Part shown: in pieces, positions 23,801-35,800 of the stretch | Numbering within the stretch: the stretch's first letter is position 1 | How the letters are laid out: each line of letters begins with the position of its first letter | Assembly: GCF_963921235.1 (NCBI RefSeq) | Contig: NC_086097.1 | Span: 43,278,001-43,342,000, forward strand | DNA length: 64,000 bases | Source of the DNA: Mobula hypostoma | Lineage: Eukaryota | Direction: 5' to 3' | Position numbers and translations under genes: made by a program | The notes under the pieces: generated by a model | The model's input: the letters and a program-made list of their open reading frames with translations, nothing else | Databases searched by the model: none | What the model was told of the DNA's origin: nothing

Positions 23801-26800
23801 GAAGGAATCTAATTACTATTGAATGCGGCTTACTTTCTCTGTCTCTGGAAGACCTTGGGACGAGCGCGCGATGCGTCCTCTCAATTTCAATTTCCACAGT
23901 CGGGGGAATCTCCAGCGCTTCCCACAGCAGCTTGTCTACAAAGTCCATCATCGACAATCCCTCTACTCCTTCGGGAACATTATAAAGCCTGATATTTTTC
24001 TGTCGCGATCTTCCCTCCTGGTCAAGCAATTTACTTTCCTGTTGATTTAATATTTTTATCGTCTTACTTAGTATCTGTTCCACGTTTTGCAGGCGATCTT
24101 CCACCTTCTCAATTCGTGTCTCTGCCATCGCTATTTTCTGATTGACGTTGGCGAGCTCTGACTTTATATCATTTAGTTGCTGTTTTATATCTTTTTGGAC
24201 TTCCCTTATCTCTTCCAGAATCTTTATCATATATGCCACTTCGCCTGAACGAGGCCCAGTGTCAGCTTCGCCGCCACGCGCTGCACCTCTCTCTTCTATA
24301 GGCTCCGCAGTGATGCTTCTTTTTAATCCCCATTCTTGCCCCCCTTATCAATTCAGATATTTTCGAAAGATCTTGTATTTGATGGATTAATGGGGCAAAA
24401 TATGCGTTTTTCCAGAGGAGCTATTGATTTAAGCTGCCATTCTGGATAATGACATTACCGGAACCAGAAAAAGCTTTTTCAAGTATGTAAAAAATAAAAG
24501 AGAGATGAGAGTGGATATAGGACCACTAGAAAATGAGGCCAGAGAAAAAATAATGGGGGACAAGGAGATAGCAGATGAACTAAATGAGTATTTTGCATCA
24601 GTCTTCACTGTGGAAGACATTAACAGTGTGCCAGATGTTGTAGTGTGTGAAGGAAGAGAAGTGAGTGCAGTTACTGTCACAAGGGAGAAGATGCTCAAAA
24701 AGTTGGAAGACCTAAAGGTACATAAGTTACCTGGACCAGATGAACTGCACCCTAGGGTTCTGAAAGAGGTAGTGGTCGAGATTGTGGTGGCATTAGCAAT
24801 GACCTTTCAAAAATCATTGCACTCTGGCTTGGAAGATGTTGGAGTCAATTGTTAAGGGTGAGGTTATGGAGTACTTGGTGACACAGAACAATATAGGACA
24901 AAGTCCTTAAGGGTTTGTCTTGCCTGACAAACCTGTTAGAATTCTTTGAGGAATTATAAGTAGGATAGATAAAGGATGCAGTGGATGTTATATATTTGGA
25001 CTTTCAGAAGGCCTTTGACAAGATGCCACACATGAGGCTGCTTACCAAGTTAAAAGGCCATGGTATTACAGGACAGTTACTAACATGGTTAGAGCATTGG
25101 CTGATTGGTAGGAGGCAGTGAGTGGGAGTAAAACGATCCTTGTCTGCTTGGCTACCAGTCGGTAGTGGTGTTCCTTCAGGGTCGGTGTTGTGACTGCTTT
25201 TTATGCTGTATATAAATGATTTAGATGATGAAATAGATAGCTCTGTTGTGAAGTTTGCAGATGATACGAAGATTCTTGGAGGGTAGGTAGTGTTGAGGAA
25301 ACAGGAAGGCTGCAGGAGGTCTTAGATTAGAAGAATGGACAAGAAAGTGGCAAATGAAATCCATCGTTGGAAAATGCATGGTTATGAGCTTTGGTAGTAG
25401 AAATAAATGTGCAGACTATTTTCTAAAAGGGGAGAAAATCCAAAAATCTGAGCTGCAAAGAGACTTGGGAGCCCTTGTGCAGAACACCCTAAAGGTTAAC
25501 TTGCAGGTTGAGTCAGTGTTGAGGAAGGCAAATGCCATGTTAGTATTCATTTCAAGAGGTTTTGAATACAAGAGCAGGGATGTGATGCTAAGGCTTTGTA
25601 AGGCACTGGTGAGGCAGCACCTTGAGGATTGTGAACAGTTTTGGGCTCCACATCTAAGAAAAGATGTGCTGGCTTTGGAGAGGGTCCAGAGGCGGTTCAC
25701 AAGGATGATTCTGGGAATGAAAGGGTTATCATACAAGGAACATTTGATGGCTCTGGGTCTGTACTCACTGGAATTTAGAAGGATGGGGAGGAGATCTCAT
25801 TAAAACCTTTCAAATGTCGAAAGGCCTAGACAGAGTAGATGTGGAAAGGATGTTTTCCATGGTGGAGGAGTCTAGGACAAGGGGGCACAGTCTCAGGACT
25901 GAGGGGCATCTATTTCAAACAGAGATGCAGGGAAATTTCTTTATCTAGAGGGTGGTGAATTTGTTAGCTCCGGCAGCTGTGGAGGCCAGGTCATTGGGTG
26001 TATTTAAGGCAGAGATTGATAGGTTCTGGATTGGACACAGCATCAAAGGTTACAGGGAGAAGGCTGGGGAATGGTGTTGAGGAGGGGCAAAAAAGGATCA
26101 GCCATGATCAAATTGCCAAATTGTGCTCCTACGTCTTATGGTCTACAGATCTCCTTAATGTTAAGGCCAGCATGCAAACACTTTCTTCACCACCCTATCT
26201 ACTTCTGCTTTCTACTTTCAGTGAAAATTGCACATGTCCCTTTGTTCCACGACACTTGTCAGTGCCCTGCCAGTCACTGAATTTACAAGTCCTACCTTGT
26301 TTTGACTGTCCAAAATGCATCACTTATCTAAGTTGATGTTCATTTGCTTCACTATAAATAAAACATCTTAATTTTGTGTCATAAGAAAATTGTTAATCAT
26401 GCCATGTCAATTCATAACTAAATCATTTACGTACTGTAAAAAGTATTCACCCCGCCCCCCCGCCATTGTTTTCATGTTTTATTGTTTTACAACATTGAAT
26501 CACAGTGGATTTAATTTGGCTTTTTTTTGACACTGATCAACAGAAAACAGATCTCTACAAAGTGATCTAAATTTATTACAAATATAAAGCACAAAATAAT
26601 TAATTGTGAATTGGAGAAAATCTGCAGTTGTTGGAGATCCCAGCAACATGCAGAAAATGCTGGAGGAACTCCGCAGGTCAGGGAGCATCTTTAGTAAAAG
26701 AGCACAGTCAACATTTCGGGCTGAGACTGCAGTAATTGTTTGCACAAGTACTCACTTCCTTCAAGTCAGTATTTAGTAGATGCACCTTTGGCGCAATTAC

Positions 26801-29800
26801 AGCCTTGAGACTGTTTGGGTAGGTCTCTCCCAGCTTTGTGCATCTGGACATTGTAATTTCTTCCCATTCTACTCTACAAAACTGCCCAAGTCAGATTTCA
26901 TTGGGATTGTGAAATAACAGCCCTTTTCAAGTACAACCACAAATTCTTAATTGGGTTGAGGTCTGGACTCTGACTTGGCCACCCCAGGACATTAACTTTG
27001 TTGTTTTTAAGCCATTCCTGTGTAGCTTTGGCTTTATGCTTGGAATCATTGTCTTGCTGGAAAACAAATCTCCCAAGTGGCAGTTATCTTGCAAACTGCA
27101 TCAGGTTTTCCTCCAGGATTTCCCTGTATTTTGCTGCATTCATTTTACCCTCTACCTTCACAAGCCTTCCACAGCATGATGAAACTACCACCGTGTTTCA
27201 AGGTAGGGATGTTGTGTTTTTGATGATGTGTGGTGTTTGGCTTACGCCAAACATAACATTTAGTCTGATGGCCAAAAAGCTCTTTCAGCTGACTTCAGAG
27301 TCCCCCTCGTGACTGCTGACAAACACTAGCCGAGATTTCATGAGAGATTTTTTCAGCGCTGGCTTTTTCTTTACCACCCTCCCGTAAAGCTGTGACTGGT
27401 AAAGGACCCAGGCAACAGTTGTTGTATGTGCAGTCTCTCTCACCTCAGCCACTGAAGCTTGTAACTCCTCCAGAGTTATTATAGGTCTCTTGGTGGCCTC
27501 CCTCACTAGTCCCCTTCTTATACTGTCACTCAGTTTTTGAGGACGGCTTGCTCTAGGCAGATTTACAGCTGTGCCATATTTTTTCATTAACTGATTGACT
27601 AACTGTACTCCAAGGGATATTCAGTGACTTGGAAATTTTCTTATAGTCATCTCCTGACTTGTGCTTTTCAATAACCTTTTTGCAGAGTTACTTGGAGTGT
27701 TCTTTTGTCACCATTGTGTCATTTTTGCCAGGATAGTGTATCACCAGCACTTCAATATGCATATGATACAAGACCTCACTTGTCCTCATCAGAGTGTCAG
27801 CAGTGGAGAGGGTCAGCAACTTTAAATTCCTCGGTGTTGTCATTTTGGAGGACCTCTCCTGGATCTAGCACGTATGTGCAATTATAAAGAAAACATGGCA
27901 GCGTTTTTACTTCCTTAGAAGTTTGTGAAGATTCGGCATGTAGTCTAAAACTTTTCAAGCTTCTATCAATATGTAGTTGAAGAGCACAGTGGGTGCATCA
28001 CAGCCTGCTATGGAAACACTAATGCCCTTGAACAGAAAATCTTACAAAAGGGGGTGGAGACTGCCTAGTCCATCACAGGTAAAGCACGCCCACCTCTGAC
28101 TGAGGACATTGACACAGAACGTTGTCACAGGAAAGCAGCATCCATAATCAGGGATCCCCTCTTCCTAGGCAATGCTGTCATCTTGCTGCTGCCATTAGGA
28201 AAAACGGTCCAGGAGCGTCAGGACTCATAGCACCAGATCCAGGAACAGTTATTACTCCTCAACCATCAGGTTCTTGAACCAGAGGGGATAGTTTCACTCA
28301 ACTTCATTAACCCCATCACTGAACTGTTCCCAGAAACTATGGACTCACCTTCAAAGACTGTTCATCTCATAGTCTTAATATTTGTTGCTTATTTATTATT
28401 TTTATTATTGTTTCTTCTTTATCTTTCTTTTTGTATTTACACAGTTTGTTACCTTTTTCACACTGGTGGTTCAGTGGTCTTTCATTGATTTTATATTGGT
28501 TATTGGATTTATTGTGTATGCCACAAGAAAATGAATCTCAGGGTTGTATATGGTGACATAGATGTACTTAGATAATACATTTACTTTAAACTACTTATTT
28601 CCATCATTGGTGAACACCAAGGAGAAATAAACATTTAAAATCTCAGTCATTTCTCATAGCTCCATACATAGGCAGTCCTGATGGTCTTTAAGTGGATGTA
28701 GTCTCTCCATAGTCACCCTTGTACTTTTAATATAGCTGAAGAAACTCTTGGCAATATTTTGGAGTAGCATAGTAGTGTAGCGGTTAGTGTAACGCTTTAC
28801 AGCACCAGTGAACAGGGTTCAATTCTCGCCGCTGTCTGTAAGAAGTTTGTATGTTCTCCCAGTGACATCAGAGTGCTCTGGTTTCCCCACTCATTCCAAA
28901 TACCTATGTGTAGTAAGTTGTGGGCAAGGTGTAGCATCTGCTCAGCCATGCCCCCTCCACCCACCCGGATCAGGATCATTTGACCATGCCACCACTCGCA
29001 GGCTGCTCCTAGCACATTCTCAGATTGTGTTGGTTGTTGACTCAAATGGTGCATTTCACTGTATATTTCAATGTGCATGTGACAAGTAAAGCTAATCTGT
29101 TTTCACTTCTTTTTAACCCTGCCTGCCAAATGTATCTCATATCTTTTTTATTTCCCTTTATAGTTTCTCTCTTAAGCCTGGCGCTAAATATTTTATATTT
29201 ATTGAGGGATTCATTTGCACCCAGCTGCTTAAATGTGATATGTCCTCCCTTTTTATTCCTTACCAGAGCTTCACTATATCTTGTCAAAGAGGTTTTCCTG
29301 AACTTGGTATATCTATCCCCATCTTAACAGGAATATGCTGCCCCTGGTCTCTTGATATGATCCTTTTAAAAGCCACGCACTTGGCAAATGTTCCTTTGCC
29401 CTCTTGTGATGATTTAAAAAAATCTGGACTTTCATTTCCCTACCTGAAAATCCTTTGTGCCTTTATTTTTGATGAATTTGATGAATCTAGTCTTCTAGGT
29501 CATGGTAACTTAGTTAGTAATTCAATTCAAATCATTGAAATCTAGTCCACTTCTGTGTATTTTCATTAGACATACATTCAAAACCATTGAAAATGATCAA
29601 TATTAGATTAAATTTACGACATCCTCTAGGGATGCGTAAGAGACTGCAGATAGAGTCATACAGTCACAAAAAGTACAACACAGAAACAAGCCCTTTGGCC
29701 AATCTCATCTGTGCCAATCCACTTAAACTGCCAGCTTCCATCAACCTGCACCAGAACCATAGCCCTCCTTACCCCTACCATCCATGTACCAATCCAAGCT

Positions 29801-32800
29801 TCAATTAAACGTTGAAATCGAGCTCACATGCACCACTTGTGCTGGCAGCTCATTCCACACTCTCACAACCTTCTGAGTGAAGAGGTTTCTCCCTTAAACT
29901 TTTCACCTTTTACCCTTAACCCATGATCTCTAGTTGTAGACCCACCCAACCTCAGTGGAAAAAGCCTGCTTGCATTTACCCTATCCATACCTCTCATAAT
30001 TTTGTATAGCTTTGTCAAATCTCCCCTCAGTCTTCTACGTTCCAAGGAATAAAGACTTAACCTATTCAATCTTTCCTTATAACTTAGGTCATCCAGTCCG
30101 GGCAATATCCATGTAAAGCTTCTCTGTACTCTTTCAATCTTATTTGCATCTTTCCTGTAGGCAGGTGACCAAAACTGCACACAATACTCCAAATTAGGCC
30201 CCACCAACATCTTGTACATCTTCTAGATGCTTGAAATCCAAAGCAACATGCCAAAAACTAGGAACACAGCAGGTTAGGCAGTATTACGGAGGAAAATCAA
30301 CAGTAGAGGTTTTGAACCAAGAGCCTTCAAGGGATTGGAAAGAAAGACTGGATTCTCTGGGGGACTAAATGAACACCTAAACCCACTATGGAAATAGTTT
30401 CTCATTTAAGATGCACAGAATAGCTGTACTATAACTGCCAGTACACCACTGGATAACCATTGTGTACCAGACCCTTACCCTTTTTGGTGATGGGGTGGCA
30501 ATACGTCTCTATCAAAAGAGGTGTGAGTGCTCCTTCTGTCCGTTAGCCTGCAGGTCCCTCTTGGGCAAGATGTAGCATCTGCTCAGCCACACCACCCCCC
30601 CCCCCCTCCAGATCAGGATCATTTGAAGACATGGGAGCAGGTGGTAGATGGTCATATGAGCAGCTGGTGCATATCGCAAGTCCTGGCTATGTGACAACTG
30701 ACACCAGGCAGACAGTCTCTAAAGAGTAGTGCTAATGGCTGGGGTCACCCGTCTTGTAAAGACATTGTCCAGAAGGCAGCAATGGCAAACTATTTCTGTA
30801 GAAATATTTGCCAAAAATAATCATAGTCACCATGATCACCTACAGCATATGATGCGAAACATAATGATGATGACCAAACCCTTAAAATACAAATAAATAG
30901 TTTCACAATTTCTACAGATAAGTCAAGCCATTTTTTTTGTTTAAAACGGTTTGAGAAAATGTCAAAGAAGTTATTGGAATCTTGAAAATTAATTTGATGT
31001 TAATAAACCGTACCGTTCATGATTACAAATGTCTGAACCAGTTTTCTCCCGTTACCATTGTTTTGTGTTCAAATTTTGGAATTAGCTTAGAGGAAGTGAA
31101 CAATCTACGTGAAATTCAAGCTATGCGCAGACTGAGCTTGCATCCTAATATTCTTCAGCTACATGGTGTGGCTTTGTAAGTAGTGCTTCGTTAATGTACT
31201 TTATAATTAAATGGAAAATGTAATATAAATTTGGTTATAGATTTGACTGTTTATACTTTTAGTTAATTTGCATTACTAAGCAAAACACCTGAATCTGGAG
31301 TATATATTGCATTCCATTTAGCATGGTATCTAATACATACCGTTTGTATTTCAACATGGTTTATGCTCAGCAATGCATTCAAATTTTATGAATGTTTTTG
31401 ATCCACATCTAGAATTTGCCCATTGCATCCTTACTGAGAGCTGTGGTGTTATTCCATAGAAGAATTAACCTCATTTTAAATATAACCCTTTATTTTGGAA
31501 GATCTTTAAATGTTGAATACACAATGCTTTCACTATTTCTGTAATGCTAATAACTAAGTATTTCTATATATGATAGAAAATTTGAAGATGCTGGAAATCC
31601 AGAGCAACACTCTCAAAATGCTGGAGGAACTCGGCAGGCCAGGCAGCATCTATGGAAAAGAGTAATCAGTCAATATTTAGGGCTGAGATGACAATTTCTC
31701 AAACTTCGGGTAATTGCCCCCACCCCTTCACCGTTCTCCATTCACATTTCCCTCACTCACCTTATCTCCTTACCTGCCCATCACCTCCCTCTGGTGTTCC
31801 TCCCCTTTCCCTTTCTTTCATGGCCTTCTGTCCTCTCCTACTAGATTCGCCCTTCTCCAGCCCTTTATCTCTTTCAGCAATCAACTTCTCAGCTCTTTAC
31901 TTCACCCCTCCCCTCCCCCACATTCTTGCTCTGAGTTCTCATCTCATTTTTCCAGTCCTGATGAAGGGCCTCTGCCGAAAACATTGACTATTTACTCTTC
32001 TTCTATAGATGCTGCCTGGCCAGCTGAGTTCCTCCAGCATTTTGTGTGTATTTCTATATATGGACATTTTTTCCCCATCTATACATTGTAAAATGTCATT
32101 ACACAGTCATGCCACCCGGAAGGTAGCTATGAAAAGCATGTCATCACAGCTTATCCTAATCTATCCTCATCTGTCCTCAACTTGCATGCACTCTCAAAAT
32201 TAATGATTGATTAAAAATTAGAGTACGATCCATCACTGACTTTTTCCTTCTTAACCCAGAACAATGATGCCAGTTACATTACCAGATGGTTCAGCGCAGA
32301 ATGACTTGATTTTGGAACTTTCTACTTATGTAAAACTCAAGTTTACATTGGAAAATCATTGGACCATAAAGGAAGATTCCAGGAAGAATTTTAAATGTAA
32401 ACAGACTATATTGATGTTGACTTGACAAAGCACAATATTATCAGAAGTATTAAATACTTCTGTATCTGTTCCTGTATCTGTGCTGCTCCTTATTTGTGTA
32501 ATCTAAGTGTTGTTCCACTGGCTGCACTCTTCTCATATTATTTCATATATGGATTTGCCTCATCCATTCCGTGCAGCATTGCATTCCATACTTCCAATAT
32601 GAAGATGCTTCTTTAAGCATTCTCCTTACCTGTTTAGCAATGATTTAAAATTAGTAATGCATCATCATTGGCTCTTCAATCAGAAGAAATTTTATGTTCC
32701 TGTTCTTTTGATTAAAAGTTTTCAAGTATTTTAGAAACCATATTGTCTGTTAAGTATATTCTTGGTCTTCGTTAGGGTACAGATGAGCCTCTTATTTTCT

Positions 32801-35800
32801 TGCGCCACCTAGCCTATTCCTTCCTAGCTTGACTCCATCATTTCTCCCTGATCCAGTCCCTTCCCACTTCTTCTAATATATTCTGCTACTTTGATATTCA
32901 CTAGCTCCAGCTAGCTCATCGTTATCATTGACTTAAAATCCTTTTGCAGCTCCATTGCATGCAAGGATGGTCTGGAGGCTCTCCAGTTCTTCTTTGAACA
33001 GTTCCTCAATCTGCACCATCACACATTTGTCTGGCTGAGCTTGTTCATACTTTGAACAATCTCTATTTCAACTCTATTTGCCTTTCTTCAAATCAAAATT
33101 GTAACAATGGGAATTCTCATGACTTTTTATGGAGTATGTGGAAAAATGTTTGTTTCAATCCTATCCAGGGCTCCCTCCCTCAACTCCTCTGGTACCTCAA
33201 GAACTGTTCTGGTGTTGCTTTCTGTACTCATACAGAACTCAAATTTCATTAGTTTTGCTGCCAGTTTCCACCCTTCTCTCACTTTCATATGGTTCATCTC
33301 TGACTCAATCCTTCGCTGAATCTCTCTGACTTTGGGATAGGTTAGTGACAAATAGCAACTACAACCCCACAGACTCCCACATCTGCCTCCTATAAGGAAT
33401 CCATTCCATTCACTTAGTTCCTCTATATCCTTTGTATGTTTCTGATGTCAAGACTTTCCATGTAGGTGCCTATGAAATGTCTTCCCTCTTTCGTAACTGT
33501 GACTTCTCCTCAACCGTAGAGAGGACCACAGAGCCCTTGATCACTTCTCATCTATTTCTTCCATCTCTGCTGTCCTCTCCTCTCCTCTCCTGGATAAAGT
33601 AGTGATAGCAGTGCCCTAGTTTTCATTTTTCACTCTTTTACAGATCATCCTTTGTAACTACACTACTTTCAACACCTTTCCCTCCCCTTTCAGCAATCAG
33701 AAGGGACCATTCTTTTCACGTCTCCTCAATACACTCTTAAGACATAGGAGCAGAACTAGGCCGTGCAGCCTATCGAGTTTGCTCTGCCATTCCATCAACC
33801 TCTGCTTTAAATATACCTAATTCTTGGCCTCCAAAGCCATCTGTGGCAATGAATTCCACAGATTCAGCACACTCTGGCTGAAGAAATTCCTCCTAATCAC
33901 TGTACTAAAGGGATGTACTTCTGTTCTGTGACTGTTTCCTCTGTGCTCACTCACCAAGTTCACTCTATCTAGACCTTTCAATATTTGATGGGTTTCAATG
34001 AGATCCCCCCTCATCCTTCTAAACTCCAGTGTGCACAGGCCCAGAGACATTAAATACTCCTCATACATTAACCATTTCATTCCCAGGATCACTGTCATGA
34101 ACCTCCTCTACATTCCCTCCATTGTCAGCACATTCTTTCTTAGATAAGGGGCCAAAAACTGCTCACAATACTCTTGAGTGTGGGCTGACCAGTGCCTTAT
34201 AAAACCTTTTTGATCTCCACCAACCACTTCACTTCTCGTGGCACTTTTCCCTCCTACTGTAGTAAATGTTATTCTCCTTCCAGGCAAAGCAGTAATTCAC
34301 TTGCAGTTCAAATTGAGTTCACAATGTGACCACATTTACTCTGGAAAAATCCAAACATGGATTGGTTGATTGTTTTGCAACACTACTACATTCAGTCTGC
34401 AAATGTGATCCTGAGTTATCTGTATTGTTTTCACTTTAATTGTTCATCTCACTCTCAATCTGACCTGCCTCTCTATTACATTTATATTGTTATGATGAGG
34501 ACCAACAAAATCTTGAGTTCTGCATCTGGGCACATTGCAACCTTCCAGACTCGATATCAAATTACCCATCTTCACATAACTCACACTCTCCATTAGTATA
34601 AGACCTGGCCTGTTCTTCATTATTAGTAATATTGGCTCAGTCTTTCTCTGTCCGCTAGCATGGTCTGTCATGATGGAAATTTTCTACGACTCTGCAATTC
34701 ACATTCTTTTGTTTGTATTCCTGGCTTCTGTCATACTCTTATTAATTTATCAATTTGTCAACTTTATCTACGCCTCATCTTCATGGTAACACTGGCCTCA
34801 CCCACAGTCATAGAGCTCCACAGCAGAGAAACAGGTCCTTCAGCCTGGCTAGTCAGTGTCAAACTGTTATTGTGAAATTTCCTTTGTCTGATACATTTCT
34901 TTTTGAACCTCTCTGGAATCTAAAGCTAAGCTAACATTTGTCCATGATCTGATGAAAGATCTTTGATCAAACACCTTAATTCTGCTTCTCTTTCCAAGAT
35001 GTTTCTTGCCTTGCTGTGTGTTTCCAGCATTTTTATGATTTTTTTTCAGATTTCTAGCATTGGCAGCTTTTAAATTTTCTATTATTTTCTCAGTTCTTAA
35101 AACAATGTGTAAGAATCTGATTCATGATGTTGTCAAAGTGAACCTAAATTGCATAATATATTTAATTTTGATAAATTTCTTTAAGTGATTACCCAAAAAT
35201 CCTCTGTTATGATCTAGTTATCATTTGTGTGTTTTTGCATTATTTCCTTATGATTGTACTCAAAGTTATATTGTTCTTTTGATGGCTTTTTCCAGCTGTA
35301 CTTATAAGAAGTTGTGCAGTTCAATTTTTGAGTCTGTCAACTCAAATTTTCTGAGTCTTTCTATTAAATATGTTTTCATTCCTTACTATCTCAGAATCAG
35401 TATCAGGGTAATTATCACCAGCATGTGTCATGAAATTTGTTAATTTAGCAGCAGCAGTTCAATGCAATACAATAAATGAATAAAAGAATAAATAAATAAA
35501 TTGCAGTATGTGTATATTGAATAGATCAAAAATTGTACATAAACAGCAATATAAATATTTTAAAAAGTGAGGTAGTGTTCATAGCTTCAATGTCCATTTA
35601 GGAATCGAATGGCAGAGGGGAAGAAGCTATTCCTGAATCGCTGAGTGTGTGCCCTCAGGCTTCTGTACCTCCTACCTGATGGCAACAATGAGAAAAGGGC
35701 ATGCCCTGGGTGTGGGGGTCCTTAGTAATGGATGCTGCCTTTCTGAGACACCGGTCCTTGAAGATGTCCTGGGTACTTTGTACCCAAGATGGAGCCGAAT

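Larger units (their letters stand above)
18902..24468 (-). mobile_element. Full-length L1 (about 5.57 kb) with 12-bp TSD AAAAGCTTTTTC
   Basis: TSD at 18890-18901 and 24469-24480; poly(A) signal and tail at the left end; ORF1 and ORF2 in order, both frameshifted. Confidence 0.95.
18280..26145 (+). mobile_element. CR1 LINE split by the L1 insertion
   Basis: Left part ends [17 protein letters not shown]; right part resumes [49 protein letters not shown]1 tail at about 26120-26145. Confidence 0.9.

Noticed and set aside
19716..24390. Plus-strand ORFs within the L1
   Set aside because: Antisense shadows of L1 ORF1 and ORF2 with no independent motifs.
28762..28835. tRNA gene
   Set aside because: A and B boxes are present, but there is no clear cloverleaf and the sequence runs into a SINE body and tail.
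32260..32304. YITRWFSAE resembling a duplicated kinase activation segment
   Set aside because: Very short, followed immediately by a stop, and no DFG upstream; probably chance.
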